Shown: in pieces, positions 61,711 to 64,000 of the stretch | Layout: each line of letters starts with the position of its first letter | How positions within the stretch are numbered: the first letter of the stretch is position 1 | Notes under the pieces: generated by a model | What the model was told of the DNA's origin: nothing | The model's input: the letters and a program-made list of their open reading frames with translations, nothing else | Database searches by the model: none | Assembly: GCA_001949185.1 (NCBI GenBank) | Contig: BDGG01000004.1 | Coordinates: forward strand, 2,856,912-2,920,911 | DNA length: 64,000 bases | Reading direction: 5' to 3' | Source: Ramazzottius varieornatus | Lineage: Eukaryota > Animalia > Tardigrada | Translations under genes and position numbers: made by a program

Positions 61711-63715
61711 ATGGACTACGCCAGTGGAATATCATGGAATTTTCGGGATATCAAAGCAATATTTTATATATCGTTATTATTTGTGACGCGAAGTGCAGGA
61801 GTCGCATTCACTTCGACAACTTCCTGGTGGTAAGTCTTCGGCCAACATTCTTGACTTGTTTCATTCAATCCAGGAAGGCGGACTTCCTTTTGAGGACTTT
61901 TTGAACAAGGTTCGCGATCTGCGGGCTCATCAGGATCAGGGCGTTGTTCTCTTAACAGAATCTAAGGGCGATTTTGTTAGAATCTGACAACGCAAGATAA
62001 AATACTTGCAGTGAGAATTTAAGTTTTGGTTACTATAGTAGTACGCAAAAGTTTTGTCTGTTTTTTTAGGCTACTAGGAACAACTGCAATCGATCAAGGT
62101 TTCAAAGCAGAAACATCCGCAACTGATTACAAAACGTTTTGCAAGACCCAAACGTATTTGGTGGATAAACAAAAGGAAATTTGCCTCACCGACAAAAATA
62201 TCTTGAAAACGGTAAGTGGCGGTCATAGTCCGAGAAACAAAGAGTCTCAGCGGGATGGCGCCAGCGGCATACCTTTAACTCAAAATGCGCTGCCTTTATC
62301 GAGAACCTTTCAAAAAGCTAATTAGATTACCGCGGCGGAAGATGCGCTGTAGAAAAGACGGTTTAGAAGGCAAAGAGATGAAAGAACGCGCAACACTTGG
62401 ATGCGTTTGTTGACAACTCTGTGCTAAACAGGTTGCCGAAGGAGCAGCAATCGGTCTCGATGAATGCCAAGCCCAATTCGCCCACAACAGATGGAGCTGC
62501 TCGACAGTGGATAATCACAACTCCAGCTCGATGCTCGGAACCTCTCTTGTCATCAGTGAGTCTTGAACGCGAATAACTGGTCACCTATTGTCCGGGAGCT
62601 CTTCTGAATTTAACCCTTTTGTCCATCCGTAGACAGCCGGGAGAAAGCTTACATTTACGCCATCAGCGCGGCCGGTGTTGCTTATTCTGTAACGAAGGCC
62701 TGCAGCCAAGGTAGGAGCTCGACGTTTCGTTAAAATATTCAAAGGATAAAACATTTTGCAGAATCATGAAATTTTCACCAATCTGTAAAACTGATTGCGT
62801 TTTCAGAAACGAACATTCGGTCGAATCGCAGAATTTCAATTTAAAATCAAAACATCGATAACCTCAAAGTTTTAAACTATCGTTCCATAAGCATGAACGG
62901 CGGTTCGTTTAGGTGAGATACCTGGGTGTGGCTGCGATAAGCGGCTGGGAAAGGAAGCCAAAAGCGAAGACTTCGAGTGGGGCGGTTGCAGCGATGACGT
63001 CAGTTTTGGTGAAAAGTTCAGCCGGGACTTTGTCGATTCGAAGGAAATCAAACGGACAGCGGAGAGCCTGATGAACCTTCATAACAACGAAGCTGGTCGT
63101 CAACATCTTCAGCATAACATGCAGCGAGCATGCAAGTGCCATGGTGTCAGCGGAGCCTGTAGCATCAAAGTGTGCTGGAGGAAACTTCCCAGCTTCAAGA
63201 CGATTGGGAACTCTTTGACCCGGAAGTACGACGGCGCTCACCAGGTAAGCCTAAACAAGAAAGTTTCTAATTGCAAATGTTTCATATCGATTCAGTTATG
63301 TGACACGCACCCACGCAGGTCAAGATGAATACCAGGAAAGGTCGGCTGCGCCCACGAACCCGCCATCAAAAGTATCCCGGCAAAGATGACTTGGTGTATC
63401 TTGACACGTCGCCCAACTACTGCGAGAACAGCCCGAAGTATGGCATCGCCGGCACATCAGGAAGGAAATGTAACCAGACGAGCAACGGTATGGATGGATG
63501 TAACCTCCTGTGCTGCGGAAGGGGTTACAAGACGCTCGTCAAGAAAGAGGAAAAGAAATGCGGATGCAAATTCGTCTGGTGCTGCGAAATCAAATGCAAC
63601 ATCTGCCAAGGTAAACGTTTATGGCTAACGATTCTTCTTTCCTCTTGAAGACGGTTATGATGAATTTCATCTCTGACTTTTTCTAGAAACAACGGAGGAA
63701 TATGTGTGCAACTGA
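61711..63715 (+). CDS. WntA: Wnt ligand, most like WntA (7 exons)
   Basis: [106 protein letters not shown]; [10 protein letters not shown] is WntA-like from recall. Confidence 0.85.
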
Positions 63716-64000
63716 AAGCCCGAGGAGGAAAGTTTAAAGATACAGAGTTGTTTATCTTATCATCTTCGTCGCGATTTAGCAAACATTTTGATAAACAATA
63801 CCATGAATATGAAGATGGCAAAAAGACATATGAGAGCTAGAAGGGTCCACCAACCAGTGCCCTTCTGATTGTGCTGCGCCAACTTTGCACTTTCCTTTTC
63901 CAAACGAGTGTTGTTCCGATCAGCCAGCGAATTTGCTTTGTCCAGCGTCTAAAATCCAGGGTACTTCTTATAGTTGACTATGATCCAACGCAGTCATCTT

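Overview
Gene-dense invertebrate nuclear DNA with mostly 50-100 nt GT-AG introns, so the ORF track shows exon fragments; I assembled gene models by hand from splice signals and reading frame. In order: decayed intron-containing pogo/Tigger transposase, divergent INTS5-like gene, two-exon neuropeptide-like precursor ending EFL-G, RERG-like GTPase with a spliced antisense gene in intron 2, ACADSB, Six4/5, otopetrin, furin-type convertase, a small Gly/Ser/Asn/Gln-rich disordered protein, MAPKBP1/WDR62, MKRN2OS, three uncharacterised genes (one with a candidate TRF2/HOY1-type PH-like domain), OSBPL8/ORP5-8, TMEM9, a mitochondrial insertion (trnL1-trnI-trnL2-nad1 plus a long AT-rich palindrome), TYMS and a WntA-like gene. 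Many fold-back/MITE elements sit in introns and intergenic gaps. The mitochondrial tRNA order suggests a eutardigrade host (inference from recalled gene orders). All family calls come from recalled motifs, not searches, and exon limits are hand-derived.
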